Positions 39,261 through 54,579 of a DNA stretch of 64,000 nt are shown one piece after another. The DNA is from Octopus vulgaris (taxonomy: Eukaryota). The notes under the pieces are model-generated. The model was not told the DNA's origin and did no database searches. It worked only from the letters and a program-made list of their open reading frames with translations. The stretch covers positions 217,434,001 through 217,498,000 of the forward strand of contig OX597814.1 in assembly GCA_951406725.2 (NCBI GenBank), written 5' to 3'. Position 1 is the first letter of the stretch. The number at the start of each line of letters is the position of its first letter. Both the position numbers and the translations under genes were made by a program.

Positions 39261-39649
39261 TCTTTTATTCTTTTACTTGTTTCAGTCATTTGACTATGGC
39301 CATGTTGGAATACCGCCTTTTAGTCGAAGAAATCGACCCCGGGACTTATTCTTTGTAAGTCTGGTGCTTATTCTATCGGTGTCTTCTGCCGAACTGCTAA
39401 GTTACGGGAGCATGAACACACCAACTTCGATTGTCAAGTGATGGCGCAGGACAAACACAGACACAATTACACACACATCATAAACATATACATTTATACA
39501 ACGGGCTTATTTCAGTTTCCGTCTACCAAATCCACTCACAAGGCCTTGGTCGGCCCGAGGATATAGTATAAAGGTGCCACGCAGCAGGACTGAACCCAGA
39601 ACCATGAGATTGGGAAGCAAGCTTCTTATCACACAGCCACGCATGCGCC
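39261..39649 (-). mobile_element. SINE family A
   Basis: Reverse complement of the family A consensus. Confidence 0.88.
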
Positions 39650-40249
39650 TATTTATTTATTTTGTAATTCTTATGTTTTATGTTTATGAAGTAATTCCTT
39701 TGTGTTGCGAAACCAATATATGTCTGTGTTCCTTCTAATTTCAATTACTCAATGTAAAAACGTAAACTGAAATTAGATGTTACCTTTAATACACTTTGAA
39801 CTCAGTCTTAATCAATGAAAGTATAAACAACTTTCTTCTGGTCTGTTTATTCAATATTTTTAGCTTCTGTTCCAACAGAGACATTGAAACATTTTAGAAG
39901 CTTTCTTTGAAGACAGTATCACGTCACAGATATATCAGTTTATCGATCAATTTCCAGATGATAGACAGTTGCAAATAATAGTCCTTTTTACTTTAGGCAC
40001 AAAGCCTGAAATATTGGGGGAGGGGGATAGTCGACCCCAGTGATTGACTGGTACTTATTTTATCGTCCCTGAAAGGATGAAAGGCAAAGTCGACCTCGAC
40101 AGAATTTGAACTCAGAACGTAAAGACAAACCGCCAAGCATTTTGCTCGACGTGCTAACAATTCTGCCATCACGCTGTTCTAAAGTTTCAAATAATATTAA
40201 TTTGTTTTCATTTGGCACCAGGCTATAATTCACAAACGTATAAAAAAGC

Positions 40250-40392
40250 TACAGGCAAACTGCGACCCACTGGATTTTCTGAATGGCCCACTTGATGATA
40301 AATTACTTTAAATATTTTTAGTAGTGCGGCCTGTCTTTGACGAGAACATGTCTCACGTAGACTGCTTCTCGAAAAATGTAGGCCATGCATGG
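40250..40392. mobile_element. Degenerate hAT (MER58-like) MITE
   Basis: GGCAAACTGCG(A/G)CCC..GGA..TTCTGAATG..GTGC(G/A)GCCTG, shared with a second copy at about 44080-44250. Confidence 0.55.
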
Positions 40393-40552
40393 TAAAGCAG
40401 ATTTGATTATGTTGTTGGTCTCGACAGAATGTAAAGCAGATTGGAATTGCAAACGTCAGTGGGTGAAATTTAAATGGTCTAAAATAATTACACAGACTTC
40501 AGTACACAACCTTATAAGTAAAAATTATATTAACACTCTACATGAAGAAATA

Positions 40553-41118
40553 TTGGGTTGTCCAGAAAGTACGTGCCGATTTATAGTAGCTTACCTTTCG
40601 TCTTATTTTAGAACATGGTTGAGTCCATGAAATAGGATTTGACTACACCTCCATTTAGAGCACAGTTTAAGCTATCTTTTCGTGGAGGAAGGTTTATGTT
40701 CCTATAACCAGTGTTAATTCTGTAACCCTTTAAAATGGAAGATAAGAAATTTCATTTTCGGCACTTGATGCTTTGGGAACCAAACAAAAATTGCTGCAGC
40801 TCGGCTGGGGTGTGTTACCCTACCCTCCATATTCACCAGATATTACTCCTTCGGATTTCCACTAATTCAGGTCTCTGCAGAATAGTCTTAATGGTAAAAA
40901 TTTCAATTCCTTGGATGATGTAAAAAGATACCTTGATGAATTCTTTGCCATGAAACCAACTCAATTCTAGGAAGAGGGTATTTTCAAGTTAAAGGAAAGA
41001 TGGAGACGAATTGTGCAACAAAATGGTTCATATTTGACTGATTAAAAATGTAATGGCAAGTATTTATTGACCTTTTTCTTTCCTTTAAAAATCGACACGA
41101 ACTTTCCGGGCAACCCGA
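40553..41118 (+). mobile_element. Internally deleted mariner element
   Basis: ~30-bp TIRs, TA TSD; [15 protein letters not shown] fused to [39 protein letters not shown]. Confidence 0.93.
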
Positions 41119-41329
41119 TATAATAGGCAGTCAGGAAAACTGAATGGCAAATCAACCCCAGTGAGATTTGAAATTAAGAACGTAAGGAAACTCTCTTTGC
41201 AACTACGTAGTTTGGGGTTCAGTCCTACTGCGCGGCACCTTAGGCAAGTGTCTTCTACTGTAGTCCCAGGTCGACCAATGCTTTGTGAGTGAACTTTTCT
41301 TGACGGAAACTGTTTGGAAGCCTGTCGTG

Positions 41330-41361
<32 letters not shown>

Positions 41362-41466
41362 TGTTTGTCTTCTCCACCGCTTGACAATCAGTATTGATTT
41401 TTACGTCACCATAATGTAGAGGTTCGGCGAAAAGGAAACGATAGAATAATTGCCGTACTTAATAAA

Positions 41467-41515
<49 letters not shown>

Positions 41516-41812
41516 AGTACTGGGGTCAATTTGTTTAACTAAACCCTTCAAGCCGGTACCTCAATACGGCTGCAATCCAATGACTGAAACAAGTAAGCGA
41601 TAAAAAATAGATGAAGCTTAAAAGGATGTAGATAAATAATGGACGGCGTTTGGTCCAAAACTCTATCCTTCTTGCAATACATATACAGAAAGAAATAACA
41701 TCCGTTGTCATTTAATCCCAGCTTAGCTCCGATCGAGTAGACTTTTGATCATAGACATTTCAAACTTAACGTCCTCCTTTCTTCGGATGTAGGTATATCT
41801 GGGACTATATTA

Positions 41813-42255
41813 GGATCTTTTCGGTTTGAACGGCAGGTTTTCAAAATAAATTCCACGTAACTAAACACTTTGAAACTTCGTATACTGGTAGAATGTGTTT
41901 ATAAAACATCTTTTTCTCTTGGCTTTATCGAGAAAATTCCATAGTTTGTAAGATATTTGTTGTTGTCTTTTTCTTCAATTTCTGCAATTTCAACCAATCA
42001 ATGACGTCTATTGAGGTGAAAACATTCTGTGCCGTATGAATATGTCCCTCGTTTAAGAAACAGATTGGGTTTATTTACATTTCTGAAGAAAAAAAGATAC
42101 CCTTCCCCCACCCCTAACCCTAACCCTAACTAACCCTAGCTAACCCTAAATCTAAAACATTGAAATGCAATAGATCGATACTAGGGTCATAATTATGGGT
42201 GACAATATCATATGACACCGCTAGAAAAAAACTGCCGTTCAAACCGAAACGATCC
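41813..42255. mobile_element. MITE with 8-bp TSD and GG-terminal TIRs (Merlin-like) containing (CCCTAA)n
   Basis: TIR GGATCTTTTCGGTTTGAACGGCAG; TSD CTATATTA at 41805-41812 and 42256-42263. The superfamily is inferred from TSD length and termini. Confidence 0.88.
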
Positions 42256-42459
42256 CTATATTAATCAATATAGCTTCCCATTGTTAAAGATGAAAAGATG
42301 AGATTTGGCTGCTATTTCAAGCAGGCCGAGTTCTAACGAGAAGCTGATTTTGAGTAAGTCATATATGACAATACCAAAATACTAGACATACTCGTATTGC
42401 TAACTGACTGGCAATAGGACCAACATAATGGCTACAAAGCCGATGTTGTTGTTGTTGTT

Positions 42460-42492
<33 letters not shown>

Positions 42493-43065
42493 ATAGTAGT
42501 AGCAGCAGCAGCAGCAGCGGTAGCGGTGGCGTTGATCATCGTCGTTATTGTTATTGTTGTTGTTGTTGCTATAACTTCGTATGCATCTTTATGTTGCTAA
42601 GTTGTTAAAATGTCATATTAACAATGGCCGCCGTTACCGAGTCACGTGAGATCTTTTTCGCTATTTCAATGGCTGACATAATCAGTCGATACTTCTAATA
42701 ACGTTTGTCTCTAATTATAATAATCGCACCATATATAGAATGACAGTTTTATTGAGCGACAAATGAATTAATATACTTTACTAGTTTATAATAGCACGCG
42801 CGCGCGCACATACATAACTAGACAGATAATGCAGTGTACACTATACATGCATACTTACAATCGGGCTATTACATCCACATCTATAATCATAAACTTTGTA
42901 CACATACCTTTGCTTGTCGGAATGGTTAATTAAAAATACCAGTGCAGTACTGGAGTCGATTCTCTCCCCCACTCACAACCACCACCACCACACCTCAAGC
43001 TCTCACATTTTCTCTCACTTTCTGGAATAAACCGGCTATATTCAGACCTGAAAAAGGATGGGCCC

Positions 43066-43104
<39 letters not shown>

Positions 43105-43129
43105 TGTTGCATACCGATATACATACATA

Positions 43130-43360
43130 GGCGGCGAGCTGGCAGAAACGTTAGCACGCCGGGCGAAAAGCTATGCAGTATTTCGTCTGCTGCTACGTTC
43201 TGAGTTCAATTTCCGCCGAGGTCGACTTTGCCTTTCATCCTTTCGGGGTCGATTAAATAAGTACCAGTTACGCACTGGGGTCGATATAATCGACTTAATC
43301 CATTTGCCTGTCCTTGTTTGTCCTGCCTGTGTTTAGCCCCTTGTGGGTAGTAAAGAAATA
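43130..43360 (+). mobile_element. SINE family D, full length
   Basis: GGCGGCGAGCTGGCAGAA head, B box GTTCAATT; TSD GATATACATACATA(G) at 43116-43130 and 43361-43375. Confidence 0.92.
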
Positions 43361-43860
43361 GATATACATACATAGAAAAGCAAATCATTCATTCGTGTAC
43401 GAAAGAGACATGCACACACACACACACACGTACTATCAAATAATGTCGAAATAACCACACTTACTTATATGCAAACATGCTCTCACATATATGTTCGCAT
43501 GACCAGTTTGAGTTTTGCCAGACTATTGTAAGATCACCTAAATGAATAACAAAGCGATAGGAAAATATCAACGATCTCCCTCACAGAATCGGGCATTTAG
43601 ATTCTATAATTATGTACGAGATGAATATTAATTTCAAACACATTAGCTTAGAAAATGAAAATTATTAAAATGAATGGAGACTCTCCGCTTCAGGATCTGT
43701 GGGAAAAATTAATGACTTTAAAGCATGGTCTCAAGATGATCAAAGAAAATCTTCTATATAAAAAAGAAAACACCTTTAGCGATCTAGCATTTAGTACAGC
43801 TTTATTTCTAACCCATAATTTGTATGCCAGTGGTGGTTGAAAGAAAACAATACTTCTGTA

Positions 43861-43926
43861 AAAAGAACCCCTTTCTCAAGATCTAGAGGAAGTGGCTCCT
43901 TTAGATCTTGAGGGAGGGGTTCTTTT
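43861..43926 (+). other. 66-nt hairpin (30-bp stem, 6-nt loop)
   Basis: 43861-43890 pairs with 43897-43926; three G-U pairs and no other mismatch. Confidence 0.85.
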
Positions 43927-44496
43927 GTTAGATCTAGAATGAAAAGAAGGATTTAAACTATATTGACAGTAAAATATGCATCATAATTCACTCTAACTGT
44001 ATCTAAACTCCTCGGGAAAGCTGCACAAATATAAAATACCATAAAGAGATTTAATAGTTGATGCCGATGCTCTACAATAGTCATTGGCAAACTGCGGCCC
44101 GCAGGACTTTCTGAATGATATGCCAACAAAAAAATTATCTTGAATTAAAAATTATTATTATTATTATTATTATTATTTTTAGTGCAGCCTGACTGATGAT
44201 GATCCGTGTTTCATTCGGCGCTCATCTCGTAAAAGTTGCCTATGTCTGCTCCACAGAAAGACTCTCGTGTATATTTAAAAGAATGATAGAAAACCAGATT
44301 GACATAACAAATTCGCTTACCATATCACAGACAAATCTTGTCGCCAAGAATAAAAAGAAAAAGATTTCTGATTTGTTATTTGCTTTAGCATTAAGGTTGT
44401 TTTACATAGTCTATCTCAATCGAGTTCTCTAATAACATTGCGATTCTTTCAAAGTAGCGACTAATGAGCTGCAAGTAAAAAGAGGTTTGGAGAAAT

Positions 44497-44899
44497 ACTC
44501 TTTTTTACTCTTTTTACTCTTTTACTTGTTTCAGTCATTGACTGCGGCCATGCTGGAGCACCGCCTTTAGTCGAGCAAATCGATCCCGGGACTTATTCTT
44601 TGTAAGCCCAGTATTTATTCTATCGGTCTCTTTAGCCGAACCGCTAAGTGACAGGGACGTAAACACACCAGCATCGGTTGTCAAGCAATGCTAGGGGGAC
44701 AAACACAGACACACAAACACATACATATATATATATATACATATATACGACAGGCTTCTTTCAGTTTCCGTCTACCAAATCCACTCACAAGGCATTGGTC
44801 GGCCCGGGGCTATAGCAGAAGACACTTGCCCAAGATGCCACGCAGTGGGACTGAACCCGGAACCATGTGGTTGGTTAGCAAGCTACTTACCACACAGCT
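44497..44899 (-). mobile_element. SINE family A
   Basis: Reverse complement of 18627-19040. Confidence 0.92.
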
Positions 44900-45756
44900 A
44901 CATATCTACTAATTAATCTTCGTCACTGGTTGACCTTCGTGTTCTAGTATACGTATCGTTTCTACTTTCCCTTTCTCGTTTGTTTTCCCTTTATTCTCGG
45001 CGACCGAGAAAACCGATCCATGCACGAAACATACGTTCGCGCATGATGTTCGCACAAAGATGGATTCGGTTGGCTGGCCAGTTTTTCGTCTTTGTCGATT
45101 GTCCCCTGCGGAGTTGGTGTTCAAAACGTTCTGCAGTGATCGAGATGGTTTGACGCCATCGTATTAATTTAATTAATAAAGGTGTGCGGTTTGGAGTAAC
45201 CGAGAAAGAGGAGGGGGAGGGGGAAAGAAAGAATGAATGAAGTGGGAAATACTCCGACAGTCGGCTTCATTCAAAACAATCATTTGATACTATTCACTCA
45301 CTCACGGATGTTGAAATCGGTGTGTTCAATATAATACTGGCTGTCCTTTGAAGCTCACACAAAGACCTGGTCAACAAAGCTCAATGATTGTCTCCGATGT
45401 TAAACTTCTTTCAAAAGGAATATACCAAGTAGTCAGTCTGCTTCTGTTTAATTTGCTACGAAGTACACTAAACATTCCTTCAACAAAAACCGTTATTGTT
45501 GTCATCGTTGTTTAGCTTCAGGTCAGCTATGATCAGTTTGGTCCTATGACGAGAAGCATTTTAATCCTGACAGTCATGTCTTTTTATATAATACAGACAA
45601 TATCATTCGATGTATTCTTCTTTATTTAAGGCTCCGCGGAAGGATTTGATGGAGATTTGGCTGTTATTCCATCAGATCGAATGACCGTGTGCATGCGTCG
45701 AAAATCATGTTCTACAGAAATCTTGGCATTCAATAGAAGCCTACACAGTAATTAGT

Positions 45757-46137
45757 GGAGGCGCAATGGCCCAGTGGTTAGGGCAGCGGACTCGCGGTCA
45801 TAGGATCGCGGTTTCGATTCCCAGACCGGGCGTTGTGAGTGTTTATTGAGCGAAAACACCTAAAGCTCCACGAGGCTCCGCAGGGGATGGTGGTGATCCC
45901 TGCTGTACTCTTTCACCACAACTTTCTCTCACTCTTACTTCCTGTTTCTGTTGTACCTGTATTTCAAAGGGCCAGCCTTGTCACTCTCTGTGTCACACTG
46001 AATATCCCCGAGAACTACGTTAAGGTTACACGTGTCTGTGGAGTGCTCAGCCATTTACACGTTAATTTCACGATTAGGCTGTTCCGTTGATTCGGATCAA
46101 CCGGAACCCTCGTCGTCGTAACCGACGGAGTGCTTCC
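45757..46137 (+). mobile_element. SINE family B, full length
   Basis: TSD ACACA(G/A)TAATTAGT at 45743-45756 and 46141-46154. Confidence 0.93.
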
Positions 46138-47207
46138 ATCACACAATAATTAGTAGTACTGACTTCTACAAGATGGGAAGTATATGATCATTTATATCAC
46201 CACCACCCCCATCCCCCAGTACTTGGCTGGTACGATTTTTGATTAATAAGTACTTCAATAAGGATCGATCTAATCAAACGTATCCTTAACTCTAGAGTAG
46301 TGACCTTCTACCAGTGTGAAAAATCAACTGATATTAAATTTATTTAGCAAGCAGAAAATTTATTTAGCAAGCAGAAAAAGCTTTTCATTAGTTTTCTTCA
46401 TAATTTGATCAGAGCTGAAAGGAGCGTAGTTAAATACTATTGTAAGGTAACTACGAGTAACTTCAGATCCTTAGTTGAAGATGCATATTACCCTAGGAAA
46501 GCTGTTTGAAAAAGTATACGTCTTAACCTCTATTTATACCATCTCCCTAAAATTATAAGGACATTTAAGCTTTGTGAACAATAAACTTATATTACAAGAA
46601 GATAAGGCGGCGAGTTGGCGGAACCGTTAGCACGCCGGGCAAAAATGCTAAGCAGCATTTCATCCGTCTTTACGTTCTGAGTTCAAATTCCGCTGATATC
46701 GACTTTAACTTTCATCCTTTCGGGTTCAATAAAATAAGTACCAGTTGAACATTGGGGTCGATCTAATCGACCTATCCGTCCCTCGAAATTGCTGGCCTTG
46801 TACCAAAACTTGAAAGCAATATTAAAAGAGGATAATCTGTCTAGACTTTATCCAATGGTAGATATTTGCGAATGAAATGCATAGTTTTAGAAAGAAAAAA
46901 GTTTGAAAAAAGGTAGAAAACGTAGATTTAAAAGGTATTTCTCAAAGCACTCGTACTTTATCACGCATTTCATGGACGAAATAAATTGTTTTACTTTGCT
47001 GTAGATAAGTTGTCTCGAGTTATATGATAAGTTGATTTTCGACACATTAATTTATTTTTATCAAGTGTCAAAAGTCCAACATCAGAAAAATTTCATAGAC
47101 ACAACCCAGCAACTATTTGTTTAAATTATTTCACTCCACCTTACAGATTGTTTGTAAGCGATATTTTGTTGAAAAATGTGCTGTTATCAGTCAGAGGTGG
47201 GCTTCGC

Positions 47208-48625
<1,418 letters not shown>

Positions 48626-48696
48626 TCTCTAAGATTCTTACATATACATATATATATACATATATCTCTACACATAGATACACACGCACACACCAC

Positions 48697-48795
<99 letters not shown>

Positions 48796-48817
48796 GCACA
48801 CACACACACGCACACAC

Positions 48818-48909
<92 letters not shown>

Positions 48910-49140
48910 GAGGGCATTATTACACATAAATGCCACACGCTAGGAGGGACTTTCAAAGTCATTACTACCGAAAATAAACGAATCGTACCGAATGCAGCTC
49001 TCGAAGCAAGACATTTAAAAACAGAATTTAGTTCCAGATGACCTGTGATTTCGCAATTAACGTATTATCTACGTCTTTTGTTCATCAGTAAAACATATTC
49101 AAAACATATCAAAAATAAACAAAACCAACATACCCGGCGG

Positions 49141-49179
<39 letters not shown>

Positions 49180-49304
49180 ATATATATATATATAGATATA
49201 TATATGTATACGACGAGATTCTTTCAGTTTCTGTCTACTCACAAGACTTAGGTCAGCCCGGGGCTACAATGCTACAATAGAAGATACTTGCTCAAGGTGC
49301 CACA

Positions 49305-49780
49305 GTAACCTCTTGGCGCAAATGAAACGGTTTTCCTGTGTCTTTGCAGACAGGAAATGGCATTTCACCAGCATGTACGACTTGTATTGAACGGTCGAGT
49401 GCACCATAGATATGATCGCCCGCTCCAACACCTGAAGCTCGTTGATGATAAACCTCATTAATTTTCCGAGGTCGCCATCGCCAATGTTTTGAATTCGTTG
49501 GATGAATTGCGCTAAATATTTTTTTTTCTCTTCGATACAATTGAAACATTCTCGCCAGATACCTCCGTTTACATCCGATCTTTGAATACATAAGATCTTA
49601 CAACATTTAAAAAGTTTTAAATTTCTAAAACGCGGTGTTTCGCACACATAGCAATAGTAACTGTGATCGCATGTCTTTTTCATTTCTTGTGTTAGCATTT
49701 TATCTACCATAGGGATCTGAAAGAAATATAAACCTTTTCTATTTGAAGAGAGTAGTTAATATACTGATAAATTAACTCTG
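49305..49780 (-). pseudogene. Tc1/mariner-superfamily (maT/DD37D-like) transposase N-terminal remnant
   Basis: MLTQEMK..GKLMRFIINELQVLERAII..YKSY..LSAKTQENRFICAKRLL fits the HTH2-linker pattern; no catalytic domain present. Confidence 0.65.
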
Positions 49781-49784
49781 TGTG

Positions 49785-49884
<100 letters not shown>

Positions 49885-50114
49885 TGTGCGTGTGTGTGTA
49901 AATACAAGCAATTGCAGTGTGGAAGGTGTTTATAAGCCATTTAAAAACACAAAACCGTTAGATTCACTTCAACATTTAAATTTAATTTGCCAAAATATTT
50001 TCGCCGCTTTGAGACTGCGGCCTGATCACTGACAAAATTCGTGCTGCAATTGTCTTTGTTTCATCACACGATCTCAGATCAGGCCACTTGCTATGCAAGT
50101 ACATCTCCGTAATA

Positions 50115-50145
<31 letters not shown>

Positions 50146-50353
50146 ATGTATGTATGTATGTATGTATGTACATATATACCGTGTTTTAACGTGTATAAGG
50201 AACCCAAGTGTTTAAGGAATCTCCTAATTTGGTGTATTAAAATTTGGAAAAAAGGTTTTGTAAGGGATTACAATACTATCACGTATAAGAAACTCCTATA
50301 TTTTTTAACCTAATTTTTGACAAAAAGGGGTTCCTTATACAAGTTAGAATGTG

Positions 50354-50413
<60 letters not shown>

Positions 50414-50550
50414 CATATACATATACATATACATACATATATATATATATATATTATGATGTGTGCAAACACAGTTTACATTTTTTTTAGAAGCGTTGAG
50501 ATGTATTGAAATATACAGATATGGAAATATTTTATTCTCAAAAGCATAAA

Positions 50551-50598
<48 letters not shown>

Positions 50599-51340
50599 CC
50601 TGAATAACATAAATAAGATAGAACATCCTTATACTGCAGAAAAATTTGTTAGCGGCCAGCCTACGACTCGAACTCACATCTCTGTGATTACCGGTTACAG
50701 TACTTTACATATATATAAAATACAAAATGGGACAAGAACGCAAAACATCCGGACAGCTAGGTGATACAAAAAGGGACAACAAAACATCCAAATAGACGAT
50801 ACAAGGAAAACAAGGACGGGTCATTCGAAGCTTTCTTTCCTCGGTCAAGCACCAGTCTACTTTGGGACATTTCATCACAAAAGTGCTCCATAAACATTAG
50901 AATGTCCAACGATAAATCACAACGTTCATAGCTATGCCATTAGCCTACACAATTACGAAGAAACTTGTTTTAAATTGTTATTTTTAGATTCCAACAATAT
51001 ACTTCTCATCACACTGACCTAGTTTGTTCATCTTTACTGATTGCTGTGTTTTTCTCTTTCTATTCTTTATTGTATTCCATCTTGTTTTGATCTCATGGTA
51101 TGAAGGCATCGTGAGGACGTTCACTTACAGTTGACAATGCAATTACTTATATCTTCAGGTTCGGTTTTGCATAAAATACATACATTATCAGCTGTTACTA
51201 TGGTGCTTTTGTTGATTAGGTACAGGGGTACCATAACAAATTTATGGCTACCTTATAAAACATACAAGTACATTTTAAAACGTTTTAAAGTACATAGGTA
51301 GATTTAGCAGAATATTCTACAAAGGTCTATAAACATCTAC

Positions 51341-51530
51341 GGGCGTGGCTGTGTGGTAAGAAGTTTGCTACTCAACCACACGGTTTCGGGTTCAGTCCCA
51401 CTGCGTGGCACCTTAAGCAAGTGTCTTCTACTGTAACCTCTAGATGACCAAAGTTTTGTGAGTGAATTTGGTCGATGGGATGACGGTGACTGAAAGAAGG
51501 CCGTCGTGTGTGTGTGTGTGTGTGTGTGTG

Positions 51531-51577
<47 letters not shown>

Positions 51578-51653
51578 GTGTGTGTGTATTTTTTGTCTTT
51601 GTATGTGTATTCGTCTTTGTGTTTATCCCCACTACCGCTTGACAAATAGGCCG

Positions 51654-51690
<37 letters not shown>

Positions 51691-51887
51691 TGTGTGTGTC
51701 TCCCACCACAGCTTGACAACCGGTGTTGGTGTGTTTACGTCACCGCAACTTAGCACTTCGACATAAGAGACAAATAGAACAAGTACCAGGCCTTAAAGAA
51801 AGACATGTACAGGGTGCGATTCGTTCGACTAAAATTCTGGTGCCCCAGCATGGTTGCAATCTCATAATTGAAGCAAGTATAAGAAAA
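51341..51887 (+). mobile_element. SINE family A (older, internally duplicated)
   Basis: Family A head and tail; the GGCCGTCGTGTG..CTTGACAA block occurs twice. Confidence 0.85.
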
Positions 51888-51910
51888 ATATATTATTGTC
51901 TTTTTTTTTT

Positions 51911-52391
<481 letters not shown>

Positions 52392-52415
52392 TCACGTATT
52401 CTATAATATTCTAAA

Positions 52416-52925
52416 AGGCGGTCAGGTGGCAGAATCGTTAGTACGCCGGGCGAAATGAACTCAGAACGTAGCGGCAGACGAAATACCTATTTCTTTACTA
52501 CCCACAAGGGGCTAAACACAGAGAGGACAAACAAGGACAGACAAACGGATTAAGTTAATTGTATCGACTCCAGTGCGTAACTGGTACTTATTTAATCGAC
52601 CCCGAAAGGATGAAAGGCAAAGTCGACTTCGGGAGGAATTTGAACTCAGAACGTAACGGCAGACGAAATACCGCGAAGCATTTCACCTGGCGTGCTAACG
52701 ATTCTGCCAGCTCGCCGCCTTGCTTTTGTCCACATTACTTAAAAACAATGTTTGGCGGTGTTTCGTCCGTCTTCACGTACTGATTTCAAATTTCACCGGA
52801 GTCGACTTTGCTTTTCATCCTTTCAGAGTCGATAAAGTAAGTTCCAGTTGAGCACGGGGGTCGATGTAATCGACTTACTCTAATCCCCCAAAATTGTTGG
52901 GCTTGTACCAAACTTTGAAATCCTT
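52416..52925. mobile_element. Nested SINE family D copies
   Basis: A + strand copy (52416-52457 and 52746-52925) is split by a younger - strand copy (52457-52720). Confidence 0.82.
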
Positions 52926-52993
52926 ATTAACAAAGTTCTTTTGGAAGAGGTCAATGTCAGTTTTTATTTCATCACAAAATTTATTATAATACA

Positions 52994-53175
52994 CTGGCTG
53001 TGTGGTAAGTAGCTTGCTTACCAACCACATGGTCATGGGTTCAGTCCCACTGCGTGGCATCTTGGGCAAGTGTCTTCTACTATAGCCCCAGGCCGACTAA
53101 AGCCTTGTGAGTGGATTTGGTTGACGGAAACTGGAAGAAGCCCGTCGTATATGTATATATATATATATATATATA

Positions 53176-53231
<56 letters not shown>

Positions 53232-53435
53232 TGTGTGTGTCTGTGTTTGTCCCCCCAACATTGCTTGACAACCGATGCTGGTGTGTTTACGTCCCCGTCA
53301 CTTAGCGGTTTGGCAAAAGAGACCGATAGAATAAGTACTAGGCTTACAAAGAATAAGTCCTGGGGTCGATTTGCTCGACTAGAGGCGATGCTCCAGCATG
53401 GCCGCAGTCAAATGACTGAAACAAGTAAAAAGAGA
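52994..53435 (+). mobile_element. SINE family A
   Basis: Family A consensus. Confidence 0.92.
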
Positions 53436-53792
53436 GAAAGACTAATGCTCTGAATCTTGCATTTTATTCGCTGAAATTTAAGTTCCCGCATCCATTTCTC
53501 GAAGCTCTCTCAATGACGACGTCAGAAGACAGGATACAGGCGTCAAGATGGGCTCTGCAAAGACGGCGCCCATGCAGAGTTTGTTATTCGTTTCTTAATG
53601 CGAGTCCATCATGCCTCGCAATCTCATCCTGTTTAAATTCTTGGCTATCACATGGAGGTATAGACCGAATTAACTGGAGTAGCTGAATTTTCTTTATAGA
53701 ACGGATTGTTTGCTGTGAACAACCATAAACAAACACGCACGCACATTTCATCGCCATAAGTTACGTTCCACTGACTGAAGAATGTTAGGTTA

Positions 53793-54191
53793 TCTTTATA
53801 TATAAAAGTGAAGTTGTGTGTCTGTCTCCTACGATTTAGATTCCTAACTACTCCCACATTTTGCGGTGCAGTGTAACCAAAACCGGGTATCTTATAGTCG
53901 TGATTCATATCGAGCCCTTCTGGGTATTAGCGTGCGTCTACAATGAGTCTACGATTTTTTAAAAAATTTACCATAATTTTTTCCCATTTTTAATGCATTT
54001 GTTTGCTATTATATAAGGGAAGTAACTATCTAAAAATGTATTATTAAATCTTAGAACGTAAAAAGCTACAGTAACACCCACCCCCCTTAGTGGTTAGCCA
54101 TATTGAGATGGCTATTATACTTTACATCTCTAAAAATGCTTATATAGTTATTTCCCTTACAAACCGGAGCAACGCCGGGCGATACTGCTAG
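53793..54191 (+). mobile_element. Non-autonomous Helitron
   Basis: A|TC 5' end, subterminal GC-rich CCGGAGCAACGCCGGG, CTAG|T 3' end, no TSD. Confidence 0.88.
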
Positions 54192-54508
54192 TAGTATCGA
54201 AATGATTTCTGGTGATGAAAGGTGAAGAGATGTTTCATATTTCATATAGATTTAGCATAAAAGCAGGCGTTGGTGAGAAACTATGATGAAGGATTTAACA
54301 ACAGCACAAAGAGTAAATATTGACAAACTGTCGCCCTGAAAGGTACCTTTATTTTAACATATTAGATATTAGATTTTATTAGTCTACCATCACCTTAAAG
54401 AAATATACATACATGTAAATAAAGACACACACAGACACATAAAAAATATATACACATTTACGTATATAGATATACATGTTTAATTATGTATGTATGTATG
54501 TATGTATG

Positions 54509-54539
<31 letters not shown>

Positions 54540-54540
54540 C

Positions 54541-54579
<39 letters not shown>

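Noticed and set aside
49990-50036. Hammerhead-like stem plus GAAA on the - strand
   Set aside because: Lacks the CUGANGA core.
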